Of a stretch of DNA of 64,000 nucleotides, positions 24,828-37,741 are shown piece after piece. Positions within the stretch are counted from its first letter, which is position 1. The number at the start of each line of letters is the position of its first letter. The position numbers were made by a program, and so were the translations under genes. The stretch lies in contig OX597815.1 in assembly GCA_951406725.2 (NCBI GenBank), positions 141,980,001 to 142,044,000 on the forward strand. The letters run 5' to 3'. The DNA comes from Octopus vulgaris. Its lineage: Eukaryota. Below the pieces are notes generated by a model that did no database searches, was not told the origin of the DNA, and saw only the letters and a list, made by a program, of their open reading frames with translations.

Positions 24828-25692
24828 CGAAATGTGATAAATAACTACCCACACTGTTGTCATACTAACGAAGCTAAATCACACAGAGTAAAGCCGCTCG
24901 GCAAAAACTGACCTTGAAATGTGTGTGTGCATTACGTTTTAGCCTGCTAGCTTATTTCTAATGTCCACTGCAGTGCTTGGTAGTAAGGTACGTAGTGTGT
25001 GATCGTCGCATTAGCCATGGCAGAGAAAGGTGTCATAGCAAAACCTGCTCAGAGGCATAAACATAGTCACAGAAAGTATATGGAGAGGGGTGTATGAGCC
25101 GCATACATGTGTTCGAGTGTTTCAGGCGTTTACAAAAATGTCGATATTGACGAAATTTCTGGGAGACCCGCAACAAACAGAACTAAGAAAAACGTAGCAG
25201 ATGTGCGTGCAACTATAAGGCAAATCATCGAATTACTATCCGTAAGTTATAAGAGGATGTGCCGATTAGTTACGGTGCGGTTCAGTTCATTATCATTGAC
25301 TATTGTGTATGAGACCCGTCCTGCCAAGTTTGTGGCAAAAATACTTTCAGCTGACCAAGAAGTCACTCTCGTTTCAGTTGCACAAGATCTCAGTGATTCT
25401 GTCGAGCATGATGACAACTTTTGAAAACTTTGCCTAGGCGTCTGAGCAAGTATCTCCAAGCTTTTGACAAAATTTGATGCAAATTCTCTGCTCAACTTTC
25501 TCTGTAAGGACCAATTCGACGATCACACGCAACACATCTTTCTTCCAAGCACAGTGGAAGTAAGCTAGAACCTTAAAACTTAATGCGCATGCACAACAGA
25601 GTTCAAGGTCAAACTGTGCTAAGAGGCTTTACTCTGCCTGCTTTAACTTCGTTACTATGGAAACAGTCCGAGTACTTATTGGTCATATCACG
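24828..25692 (+). mobile_element. Internally deleted mariner element
   Basis: TA-flanked diverged TIRs (cgaaatgtgataaataactacccacactgttgtcata versus the reverse complement cgtgatatgaccaataagtactcggactgtttccata). Remnant peptides are VYGEGCMSRIHVFECFRR, DEISGRPATNRTKKNV and AKFVAKILSADQ. The catalytic domain is missing. Confidence 0.85.
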
Positions 25693-27730
25693 TATATCAT
25701 ATGATAAAAATATAAAAATATTGTTGTGTTGTTAAGAAATATTTTTTACAGTTCATATATGACCATAAAGCACAAGTGTTTCCCGTGTTAGTTGCTACAT
25801 TATGGACATCAGCAAAAAATATACGATTCTAATTTGGTCACAGGAGCAGTTTTTTGAGTGGAGGAGTTTGGTCAAAGTGCTTGAAAGATACTTATGTCAT
25901 CGACTAAAAAAGGCTAAAACACAATGTTGGTCTTTGGCACTAATAGAAATTTGAACATAAATTAGCGCTGGAAGAAATACCGTGTGAGGAATTTAACAAC
26001 AAGAGAACTGGAAAATGAAGTTAATAGAATGCTCTTATAGCTTAGCAATGCATCGCAGTCGTTATTACAGATGGTAACATGTTCCAAGAACCTCAAAATT
26101 GACATCACTAAGTCATTTCAATACAATTTTTTAGCTTATGCTAGTCTCACCTCACTCTCGATACGGCAGAACAATTGTCACTGTCGTTTCTGTTAAGTCA
26201 ATGCCATTCTGCTTTTCTTTCTGCTAGAGTGTATGCAACATAATATTAACCAACAAATGCAAGGAATTTGTTTTTCAGCCACGCTGCTGTTAAATTGGCT
26301 GCTATTTCTAACTAATTATATGTCCCTAAAGAAGATAACTTGCGATCTGATAAATATTAGCTTTACTAGAACTCTTACACTCTTGAGTGAGCCTGAGATT
26401 ATCAAATCTCTTCTTGAAAGATGAATAGGAGTACGTTTGACTACAAGATGTAATATGTGCGCGGATAAGCAATGCAGGCATATACAAAAACTGTTTCGTT
26501 TTTGGTACTAATTTCTAATTTACATTTGTTATTTGAAATTTACACATGCACGCACATACATATATTCGTATAGTTATCACTCGGGATATATGTTTATATA
26601 TACTTCAAAGTAAAGAGCAATTGAGCAATTTTGCTAGGTTTCCTATTGTTACATATACTGTAAACCACATGTACTGAACCTCTTCATATATAGCACGTGG
26701 TTAATATAAGACGAAAACCGCAATTTTATATAAATTGCATTTCTATAACAGTGCAATTTTTTTTTAATGTGTAGAATTCTTTTCAGGATACATACACCCC
26801 AGAGTATATTATACAGTTCCAGTGACTTCCAAGAACTGAACAATATTTTACTATCCAAGTTAAATCTCCGAATAATTTATTTGCTACGGAACAGCCATTG
26901 GCTGAAGGTATTGCAAAATTTACCTTTAAATACACGTATAGTGGTCAGTGTGACAGAACAACAACAATATTTGCTCTATTTTACTAGTTCTAACAATCAG
27001 GTCAATTTCTCCCAGGTTCCAAATTACTTTCTTCCAACACTAGTGTACGCGACTCTCTTCCATCTGTAAAGTGTGCTCACTCTTGTTCTACCTTCGGAAT
27101 GCACAAATTCTCTCAGCCTTATAATGAGCTCCGCATTCCTCAGGCCTACAGGGCGGTCCTCTTTTCCCAACCCTATATTGGTCACTATCTTTTCTAAGTG
27201 TTTATGTTTGTATCCATTTCTCATACTTTTGTTTTGGAAGTACGCTCTCCCGGCCCTGTATTATTAATGTAATTTAACAATGTTTACTCAGACTCATCTA
27301 TCATTTACTCTAATTATACCAACTGAAAATTACAACTTGTACACAAGACATTTAATTTTATTTCCGTGCGTGTCACTCCTTTTTTTTAAAATTAAAACAT
27401 GTTAATATTTAATAAAATATTTGACTATATATAAAATCACACAAAACTTTCTTCTTCTCCGCCTTGCCCAAACTTGTACTCTAGCCTCTGTCCCAGGAGT
27501 GATTTTTCCTGCTTTGTTTATTTGTGAGTTTGTGTGTTTTCAGTAGGAAAATGAATTTTGTGTAACTTGTTCAAAATTCGGGGGACCAATCAAATTTAAT
27601 TCCATAGTTGACCACTTAGATTACCTAGAGCGCAGCACCGTTCCTCTATGTACACATCGAAATCTCTTCGATGATGATCAGTATGTGAAGAATCAATAAT
27701 CTTGTTTCTATATATCTACGATCTTTACAT

Positions 27731-28170
27731 GATTATTTGCTAATGCAGGCAACCACTTTAACAGACGGGTTTTATTTGCTTTTTATCACAAATAATTGTG
27801 ATGAAGTATTATTCAAGATTTCCAGTTGCTAAGTGAATAGAAATCTATTTATATAGCTAAAGAATCACCAATATTTGTCCATGAGCTAACATTGTTTTCA
27901 CTATGTTTTATTTGGTATTCATCATGTATAATTGTATTGAATTATTGTACGTGTTATCGAGTTTGTTAATTCAACAGAAACTATTTTCAAAGTTTTAAGA
28001 ATTACAAATATTTGTCCATGTGCCAGCAATATTTTTATTATATCGTTTTATTTGCTCTTTATCGTGTATAATTGTGCTGCAACATTGTACAAGATTTAGA
28101 ATTTGCTAACTTGAGAGAAAATATTTTGTGAAATAAAAGAATGATAAATATTTATCCCTCTACTACTAAC
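27731..28170. repeat. Diverged tandem repeat, about 137-140-bp period, about 3 copies
   Basis: 'atatttgtccatg' at 27871 and 28008, 'atatttatcc' at 28148, and 'ttttatttgct/ggt...ataattgt' at about 27770, 27907 and 28046. Confidence 0.75.
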
Positions 28171-29914
28171 ATTTCCTTCCAATGTATTAAAATGACTTTA
28201 AAAAACGATTCCAAATTTTAAGGAGTCGCTTCTTCTGATAAGAAAAGAGGCGACGTTATGTTAAGTAAGAAATTTATCGAAGTTAAAGCATATATTTCTA
28301 CCCACACACCATTCTTCTGTTCAATACATTATTACTATATTGCCGAAACTGATGAAAGTGCGTAAATATCCAACGTCCATCTAAGCCACACAGAAACATG
28401 TAATCTATATTTAGAATTTCAAATTAACTCTTTCAGTTACAGATTATTAGATTAATCGATAGTCAGGACAGATAGTTCAATGATTATAGCGTTTGATGCA
28501 AATTATAACAACACATGACTCCTTCAAGTGATATAAATTACTATACGAATAAATGGAAATAACCTTGCGTAACAATAGTCATATAGATAATTTGGCATCT
28601 AGAAGGAGTAATGCCAATAAAATTACAGATAAGCAATTATATTATTGAACATATAATACGCAGAGAGACATACACAAGCACACGTGAAACTATATATATA
28701 TATATATATATATATACGTATATAAAAAGAGAGTAATACATACACATATAGGCATGCATAGAAACATACATTCGAGTCGAGAGCTATACGTACGGTTAAG
28801 TGTGTATAGACAGACACACATATATATTTATATGTGTATGTTTGTTAGTGTGTGTGTGTGTGTGTGTATTTATGTGTGTACACATACATATATGGCCGAG
28901 AGAGGGAAAGGGTAGAAGTAGAGTTATTAAGAAGGATATATACTAAGAGAAAGAAATAAGTAGACAGCGAAATTTATCGAAGATATGTACACGTTGATAC
29001 AAATTTATATTAATGGCGATTAATATACCTTTAAGTAATTATGTATTATCTCAATAACAATTAAGTAAATTAATCTTGGTAAGCTGTTCCAAGAATAACA
29101 AAAGAAGGTAAAATAAGTATTGACGTTCAAGTGTAAGAATAGCTTATTATTCCCATGTGTAATAATATATTGTAAATGAACAGAGTTTTGTTACTCAGTT
29201 GCTCTTCTCTAACGTTGTATTAACTGTTAGCTAGGCTATTATTTTATCTCGTTATTCGATTATATATCTTCTAAATTCAAACATTCGGATTGTTATGCAT
29301 ATGGTTATTTATATTGGTTGCCCATTTGTGCAAGTGAACTGGCTTATAATCATATTCAGTGAAATGGATCTCTAATAATATGTGGCTAGATATTCTGTGA
29401 TGATTTCAAAACGCTTTCATGTCACAAATATTTAGCATGTATATCTGACGGGAAAATCCTGGAAAATTAACTCCACTATGTTGCAACACTGCAGGAAAGA
29501 AGGCGATTACTTAATATGACAGATGCATTTGTAACTGGTTCTGAGACACAATGACATACCACAAGACTACCGTACTACTTCATACGTATAAGATAACGAA
29601 CAGAAATAGAAACACCTATGCCATAATTTCCATTAAATAATTAAGTGGATCTACTTTTTTTTTATTTCTGACAATACTCAATTATGGAGTCTGGTAATCC
29701 AAAATGTCTAGTAAAGCTTATAGGATAAAACACAACTAATAGAGATAGCACCATGCTCGAGACCAAGAAATATTTCTGTGCTTCTCTTTCTTTCTAGAGC
29801 AAACATTTGAAACAGCACTTTTCTTGAAGGTTCTTACAATCACTTTAAATAAGTTCGAATTCTTCCAGCTCTTTCATAAGCGTAACGTCATAGAGATGGG
29901 TTGGGAGAATTATT

Positions 29915-30050
29915 AAAACACCGGACAAAATGCTTAACGGTGTTTCTTCCGGCTCATCTAGCTGTGTTCAAACTCCCTCGAGGTTGACTCTGCTGGTCGT
30001 CCTTTCGGGATTAATAAAATAAAAGTTGTGTAGTGGTGTCGGTTTAATTG
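29915..30050 (+). mobile_element. Degraded SINE family C
   Basis: acaccggacaaaatgcttaacggtgtttc...gttcaaactccctcgaggttgactctgc..tcctttcggg resembles 33190-33290. Confidence 0.65.
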
Positions 30051-30113
30051 GCTACCAGACACCCAAAAAATTTCAAATTTCATACCTTCTGCCTTTAGTT
30101 GATTATATATATT

Positions 30114-30496
30114 TGGAACCACTCCGTCGGTTACGACGACGAGGGTTCCTGTTGATCCGAATCAACGGAACAGCCTGCTCGTGAAATTAACGTGTAAGTG
30201 GCTGAGCACTCCACAGTCACGTGTACCCTTAACGTAATTCTCGGGGATATTCAGCGTGACGCAGAGAGTGACAAGGCCGGCCCTTTGAAATACAGGTACA
30301 ACAGAAACAGGAAGTAAGAGTGAGAGAAAGTTATGGTGAAAGAGTACAGTAGGGATCACCACCATCCCCTGCCGGAGCATCGTGGAGCTTTAGGTGTTTT
30401 CGCTCAATAAACACTCACAACGCCCGGTCTGGGAATCGAAATCGCGATCCTATGAGCGCGAGTCCGCTGCCCTAACCACTGGGCCATTGCGCCTCC
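30114..30496 (-). mobile_element. SINE family A, full length
   Basis: Near-identical to 645-1030; flanked by (TA)n. Confidence 0.9.
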
Positions 30497-31319
30497 TATA
30501 TATATTTATATAAAGGTTAGACACCCACATAGAACCGTACGTACACGCTCATATATATATATGAAAGTGTACGTACGATTATAGGTGTGACTCTTCTTTG
30601 AAATTATTTGGCGAGTTGATTTAAAGAACACTCATCACATTTTAGAACTTCAGGAATCATAGTTTAGAAATATGTTGACCATTCATAGAAAATAGATTCG
30701 AAATTTCGAGAACTCTTTAGATTTTAAAAGAAATACTAGAATACTTCTAAAATAGTCAGGCTGAGTATGCTACTGATTCAGTTTTTGTCTCCAAATCCAC
30801 AGGTGCCTAAATGCGAGAGAAGGCCTCGGCTTATTTCTATGAACTGGCTTGTATGAAGAGTCTGTTCCTTGTAGTATTAAATTCAACAGAACACTCTTAG
30901 TGACAGTAAGAAGAAAGCATGTCACGGGGCATGGAAAATTGTGACACGTTGTTCAAACATAAAATAAATAGGCATTATGTATTTAATTTCTTTTCCCTAT
31001 ACACCCCAAAATTATGTTAACCTCTACTATATCAGAAAGATAATGAAATGCTTTACACCAATATACAAAGTCACTTTTGGATTATATGTGCGTATATGAG
31101 TGTAAGTATATAGCATTGATGCCATACAATATTTCCAAGCGTTTGGTTTGAAAAACACGCATGCGTGAGCAGCTGCAGACTTCAATAAAATATTTGCCGA
31201 TATTTACGTTTGAGGCCCTGTATGCATACATACATACGTACGTGCGTACATACATACATGCGCACATACATACATAATACATACATACATGCATACATAC
31301 GTACATAAAGAATAGTTAT

Positions 31320-31790
31320 GCAATATATTCAAAACTCCTGTCAGATGTAAATATAACAGGCGGGATATTGTTGTTTGGGACAGAGGGGCAAAGGTATGTA
31401 CCCTCATAGAGGCTACCCTGCAGATGTAAATATCTTTTTGAACATTAAATGAGAAGAGGATGTCTATGGACAACTGTATCGAAAACTCCAGCTTCTATAT
31501 CCAGACTATGAATTCATATTCATACCAATAATAATTGGAGCAGTAGATTTTGTTACTGATTGCTTAAAGGATAAACTGGATAAACTGGGATTTTCAGGAA
31601 GAGAATCGACTGGCTGAACCGTACATTAAAACTGCAATCTGTGAGTGGAACAGTAAAAATATGCAAGACTTTTCCCATGTTCCAAATGTGAATTTGTCTG
31701 TGTTAACTACATCCCAAAGATGGAGTCGTGTATCTTTGTTGGGAACCGGCTCCCTTCTCAGTGGAAGATTTATAATAATTAAATAAATAT
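31320..31790 (+). mobile_element. R4/Dong-clade non-LTR retrotransposon 3' fragment (restriction-like endonuclease remnant plus 3' UTR)
   Basis: Frameshifted translation KTPVRCKYNRRDIVVWDRGAKVCTLIE / PADVNI...YGQLYRKLQLLYPDYEFIFIPIIIGA...KLGFS / LQSVSGTVKICKTF matches the NRPDIV..IE..P..EK.KY..PIIIGA pattern of R4-clade REL domains. Confidence 0.8.
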
Positions 31791-32344
31791 ATGTATATAT
31801 GTAAACGTCAAATTGTGGTATACAACAAAACTCTAATTAAAAACACTCACGTACATGCAGAGTATATGTTGTCATAAACTTTTTTTAAATAAATCATAGG
31901 TAGAAAATTGTTTCTTTGGAAATATAATTTCCTTCTTAACACACCTCAATAAAGAGCGAAAAGAGTTATTTCATTTGAACGCTGGCGATGACACAGGAGT
32001 CTTTCAACTCTTTCTTTCAGAGTTCAATTCTCAACGGTGTCATATTTTGCTTTTCATCATTTTGTGTTCGCTTCAACAAAATACAAATCAAGCACTAAAA
32101 TTAAGGCATAGATTGTTTTCTTCCGTTGGAAACGGTGAAAAATTTATCTACATTGAAAAATCCCGATTCCCATGTTTTCTGTTTATTAACGCAGTATCTT
32201 TTTTTTATCATTCAAGTATACTTCTATACTGCATAAACAAGAAAACAGGTAGATAACATGTGTATTGTAAACGTGTAAACGTGTGGATATTAAGGATATT
32301 AAGATAGAAATAAACAATAATATTATAATATTTTCAAATACTGG

Positions 32345-32530
32345 CACAACAGAAATTTCGGGGTAGCAGAAAAGTTGATGATATCAATCCCACTGGTACT
32401 TATTTCATTGAGCCCGAAATGCTGAATGGCAAATCGACGTCGGCGGAATTTGAAATCAGAGTGTAAAATGTGACGAAATGCTACCAAGTTCTTTGTACGC
32501 GTGCTACCGATTTTGCGAGTTCGACGCCTT
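32345..32530 (-). mobile_element. Degraded SINE family C
   Basis: ctggtacttatttcattgagcccgaaatgctgaatggcaaatcgacgtcggcggaatttgaaatcagag resembles 33398-33465. Confidence 0.75.
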
Positions 32531-32909
32531 AAATATTACTATAATAGTGATAAGGCATATTCCAACCTCATTCTGACTCAGGTATGGAATTTTCGAAGGT
32601 ATTCCTTTTTCTTTTTGTTGCCAACAGATAAGTTCTGGTGGTGTTCTTATAACTAAAACTACAATTTGTTGTCAATAGATAAGTGATACAGTGATTCTGC
32701 GGTGCAACAGATGTTGGTAAAGTACATACCAAACTCATCACCAATCTGAAAGGATTTCCACGAAAAAAAAAAATGAAAGTTTCTTAAATTCATCCAGTTG
32801 GTTGAACATAAGTATTGCTTTTGCTCACCAATATTTTATTTTTCTCTTCAACTTTGATCTAATAATTGGCTATCAATCTCGTACCTCACAGTAAAATTTC
32901 CTAATAATG

Positions 32910-33530
32910 TATTCTTTCCTACTCAAGGCCCAAAACTTTGGGGGATTAGATCGACCACAGTATGCAACTGGTATTTAATTTATCGACCCCGAAATGGATG
33001 AAAGGCAAAGTCGACCTCGGCAGAATTAGAACTCAGAACGTAAAGACAGACAAAATACATATTTCTTTACTGCCCACAAGGGGCTAAACACTCTGAGGAC
33101 AAAGAAGGACAGACAAACGGATTAAGTCGATTACATCAACACCAGTGCGTAACTGGTACTTAATTTATCGGTGAGCTGGCAGAAACGTTAACACGCCGGG
33201 CGAAATGTTTAGTGGTATTTCGTCTGCCTCTACGTTCGGAGTTAAAATTCCGCCGAGGTCGTCTTTGCCTTTCATCCTTTCGGGGTCGATTAAATAAGTA
33301 CCAGTTACGCACTGGGGTCGATATAATCGACATAATCCGTATGTCTGTCCTTGTTTGTCCTCTCTGTGTTTAGCCCCTTGTGGGTAGTAAAGAAATAGGT
33401 ACTTAATTTATCGACCCCGAAAGGATGAAAGGCAAAGTCGACCTCGGTGGAATTTGAACTCAGAACGTAGCGGCAGACGAAATACCGCTAAGAATTTCGC
33501 CCGGCGTGCTAATAGTTCTGCCAGGTCGCT
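32910..33530. mobile_element. Nested cluster of three SINE family C copies (tentatively octopus OR2-like)
   Basis: A plus-strand copy at 33171-33397 splits a minus-strand copy (33060-33170 and 33398-33530) with a 16-bp TSD GGTACTTAATTTATCG (33155-33170, 33398-33413). An older minus-strand partial copy lies at 32910-33058. Confidence 0.9.
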
Positions 33531-35650
33531 GGTTTCCCTAATAATATATTGCCGAGATGCTGCAATAAATTAATAGAAGGCACCTACTAATAATAGGAAA
33601 AGAAATAACAATTAAAAATTCTTCACTCTAACGGGATTTGAACCGTTCCTCTATGCTTTACATTGAAGATAAATACTGATCAGTGAAAGATAAAAAATGT
33701 CACTTGAATGTATATTTCACAAAACACTTGAACTCGAATCGATCCTGAGTATAAGCTTCACATTGAATTTTTTTTTTTTAAATGAAGGTAACTAGTTTTC
33801 GTTCATTTTCATTGAGACACAGTAGAAAATTTAGTATAATGAAACGGAGAATTGAGGTAATATTTGTATGCATGTATAGATTAGTATGTGAACGTATATT
33901 GTAATAGGGATGTAGTTTATGAGGTTGCTCGGATGCAATTAATGTTAATTCCATATCATACAATACATAAACCCACTGAAATATTAGCAATGATGCTCCT
34001 GAAAAGAATTCCTTTATAACTGCCGAAGAAGTAACAATTAGATTGGTTCAGGAAGCATCTCAGTATTGTCCTGCCTGATTTAATACATGGTACATGAAGT
34101 ATACACAATCTGCTGCTCAACAATAGCTTCAAGACTAAAAACAATGCGAAGATCAGCAATTCAATATAATACGAGAAACGCTTCACTGAACAGTGTATTT
34201 ATAAGCGATAGAAGAGCAGGACAATTATTTATTATACGTGTTCAGCGTACATTATTTAAATTTAGCTACTTCAAGTTTTCGGGTCTCCTCAGGCATAAGG
34301 GTTATGTAAACGTAATTGAATGAATTTTCATAATATCAGAAAGCCGAGAACCGAAAGATAAAAAGAGAAGAAATTAGTAAATGAACGACGAAAATTGGAA
34401 CGCATTATCTTAGTTTATTACATCCGTTATTAAAATATCACTTCCATTAGCATTACAATGGATACATTGTTAGGCAGTGTGCTGCTATCATCGGTATACT
34501 AGGCAGTTATAAGAGAATATTTCAAGGAAGAATTTCTTAAGGAAGTGTTGTCGGTAGGATAATTTCTTGGTGAATCGTATTACCGCAATAATATTGAATG
34601 GAGATGGTCAATAAATTAATGTGACACTTGCTTTGTACTATGTATTTCGGATACAATATATTAGCTGAAATTTTGGAAGTGAATAATTGTCAGCGTCTTT
34701 AGAATGTGTACGTATGAGTTATATATCTATTTTAGAAATTCCCTAACAGATAAGTTTAGCCAAATATTATTGAAAAAGTTTCTGAAAAACATTTCAAATA
34801 AGTACTGAGACAGTGATTGGATAGACAGGTCAAGAAATACTTCTCTGATTTTGAAAGCTACTTAGTATATCCACCCAATTCTTTTCAATATGTCCATCTC
34901 TGCTTCCTTTATTCTCGTTGTATATTACTTGAAATTTCGCACCAAAATATATACTCAATTTCCCCATCAACTTCAAGATATAATACGTAGGTCTAGAACT
35001 AACACAATGCAACATATATTTTCTACTACCTGAAAACGGCTACTAATGTTGCAAATGACTATTAAATTCCAGCAATTTTGGAAAGATACACATAAAATTC
35101 TACCACCCACGCTTTCCTGTAGTGGTTACATGATATCGTTTGTAGGTAAAATGACAACATTTATAGAGAATTCTGTTTACTTGTGTTGGGTATATTCTGT
35201 TCTGACTTAGGAAATAAATTATGAATTAAAGCGTTCAATATTTCCACCCAAATTATACGTAAGATATTAACACATGTTCTCTTGCAGACATGCACGAAAG
35301 TAGATATCACGCCGTGCGTTAACTCACACGGCAATAGAGATATATTCTATAACTGCACATAGTCATTTGTGTATATATGTGTATATCCATTTCAAATGCT
35401 GTGTTTACGAAATTCTAGAGCACAAATACATGTCAGGATATCTACTACAACAGATCACTACAAGCGTTATATATTTCATATATAAATTATAACTAACCTT
35501 CACTTATTTTATTTTATACCAAAAGATATGTTTTAATGTAAATGTGTACATTAGCTGTAACTCCCATAATATGATATTGTTTTACGGTGTTGTTTTTTAT
35601 AACTAAATCCACTCAATATCTTTACATTCTTCAGCAACTAATATTTTTAA

Positions 35651-35827
35651 TTATATTCTGACAACATTGCTGTTGTGTCGCTCCCATTCAATTGCATCCC
35701 AACAACGCGCATTATCTAAATCTTTTTGGTCGTAAGTTTTGATGAATTTCATGGGAATGCGTGTTTCCTCGACGACTTCCATGTTGCAGCTCGCTGTAGG
35801 CTTAAGGTTTCGCATATGGGCTATCAT
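35651..35827 (-). CDS. Possible terminal coding exon of an unidentified gene (58 aa)
   Basis: Non-repetitive, GC-richer, stop-free frame MIAHMRNLKPTASCNMEVVEETRIPMKFIKTYDQKDLDNARCWDAIEWERHNSNVVRI* directly after an acceptor-like atactccattcag. The other two frames close quickly. No homology was recognised and no partner exons were found. Confidence 0.25.
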   Translation of the reverse strand: MIAHMRNLKPTASCNMEVVEETRIPMKFIKTYDQKDLDNARCWDAIEWERHNSNVVRI

Positions 35828-35861
35828 CTGAATGGAGTATGCGTACCACCAGATCCAATTA

Positions 35862-36750
35862 TTTGGTTGGTCAAAAGTGCATTGGTGTTTTTTTTTCATC
35901 GAAAATAACACAGAGGTTTTAAACACAAATCCATTTCTCCACTCAAGGATAAAATTACCGTTTCGTTCACGTATCTTCCGCCGTCTCCTGGACAGATTTA
36001 TTATTCCCTCCTCAAAGACTTTCTTCATTTGCTGGCGAAAAACTCTTCCAAGTATTTTTTTTTTTACATCTTTATGGCGTATAAAGGCGCAAGGTCGGGC
36101 AAATCTGGAAGGTGCAGCTAAAGTTCGCAGAAGAGTGCGTTCTGGCGTTGTCGTTAGGAAAAACATTATCCTAACAATTAGCAATTGCTGTACGTTTCAT
36201 GTGTATTATTGCATTTAATTTTGCAGTATGTCACAGTACACAACTGTATTGATTGTCATGTTCGTTGGAAGAAGCTCCAAAACGTCAACATCCGTCCATT
36301 ATGACCAAACTGAAAGTATAACCATATTTGAAGTACTGCGTTGTAGGTTGTTTGTGTTGGTTCGCTATGCTTCCTACATGATCGTTTGTGCTTCAAATTG
36401 TTATAGACAAGCTACTTCCCCGTATTCTGTTCACAATTCACTCCAAAAATTATCGTTTTCTTCAGGTTTCTGCAGGTTATTCTCATTCAATTAATACGGG
36501 AATCGAACATCGACCTGATCACATAATCAAGTTTAGGCCCTGGTTATGTAACGGGTGTTGGTATCGACTTACGACTTCATTTTATCGATATTAATCACAT
36601 ATGGATGGCCAGTGTGGGGTGTAAAGAGAATCGAAAAATTTCCTGATCGAAATCTAGAAAAATACTCCTAGCACCTACGTTCCTCAGGAACATCTGCGTT
36701 TGCAATCCATATCTCCCAAGAGGTTTTCGCTGCATTTTTGCCTATCAGTA
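35862..36750 (-). mobile_element. Decayed mariner transposon (transposase pseudogene, right TIR retained)
   Basis: TA followed by TTTGGTTGGTCAAAAGTGCATTG, a mariner TIR type. Minus-strand remnants are GKNAAKT, MVILSVW..VLELLPTNMTINTVVYCDIL, NDNARTHSS (DNARPH), HLPDLPDLAP (YSPDLAP) and FEEGIINLSRRRRKIRERNGNFI. Confidence 0.85.
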
Positions 36751-37309
36751 ATGTTAGTTTTGATTCTCCACTCTCAGGGCAGAACTGCGTTAAAGTATGA
36801 AATATCTCCCGAGTGCTTGTGTGCAAAGAAAAGTTAACTACATATTAAGGTGCTTGAAGTACGATTCCAGGAAGGATATAACGTGAATATATATTGTCTT
36901 GTAATAGAGAATTGTATGCGTTAGCTTTGCTCACATAACCATATCTAGTTTTTCCGACATTACAATATCCAATTTATTTCTTCCATTTTACGATAGTGTG
37001 ACATAACAGATGTGGCATTACCATTATTTCTACCTAAACGTGACCAAAGCGGAATATTGTCCTAAATGAACTATAAAAACATCGCAAATACAGCTCCAAA
37101 TTCCTATACTTTGAGAAGTTAGGTAAGAATATTGTAATAAGTGTTGAACCAGCTGTAAAGCACGAATACGTTTTTTAAAGATTCTTCTAAAACCTTCGCA
37201 GTATTCCGTAGTAAATGAACTTTGCTCATGAAGAAAGAATCATTTAGTATATATATAGGCACACACACATTCATGTACGCGTGACGAATTGAATAAATCT
37301 CTTCAGCTA

Positions 37310-37590
37310 TAGCTTATGGACTATTAAAGCCCTGTCAGTGGATTGTTAGACGGTAACTGAAAGAAGCCTATACATATCTGTGTATGCCTTTGTGTCTACA
37401 TTTGCCAATCGGTGTTGGTGTATTTACATCCCCGTAACTGAGTGGTTCGGTAAAAGTAAAGTCCAATAGAATAAGTACTACAAGGCTTAGAATCAACAGG
37501 CTCTGGGGTCGACTTGCTAAACTGAAATCCTTGAAAGCCATGCAACTTTACTGCTGTAAAGTGACTGAAACAAGTAAAAGGTAAAAGATG
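37310..37590 (+). mobile_element. Degraded 5'-truncated SINE family B
   Basis: gtggattgttagacggtaactgaaagaagcc...tagaataagtact...ctggggtcgac...gactgaaacaagtaaaag. Confidence 0.8.
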
Positions 37591-37591
37591 T

Positions 37592-37643
<52 letters not shown>

Positions 37644-37741
37644 TGTATGTATGTATGTATGTATGTATATGCTCACACACGCACAAAGATACACACAGGT
37701 AAATAGATAGATAGATACATAGATAGAAATATATCAATATA

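Noticed and set aside
26788-26908. Possible internal exon (tttcag ... AAG/gtattg) encoding IHTPQSILYSSSDFQEL...
   Set aside because: Splice-like dinucleotides are common in AT-rich DNA, the donor is weak and the peptide is unrecognised.
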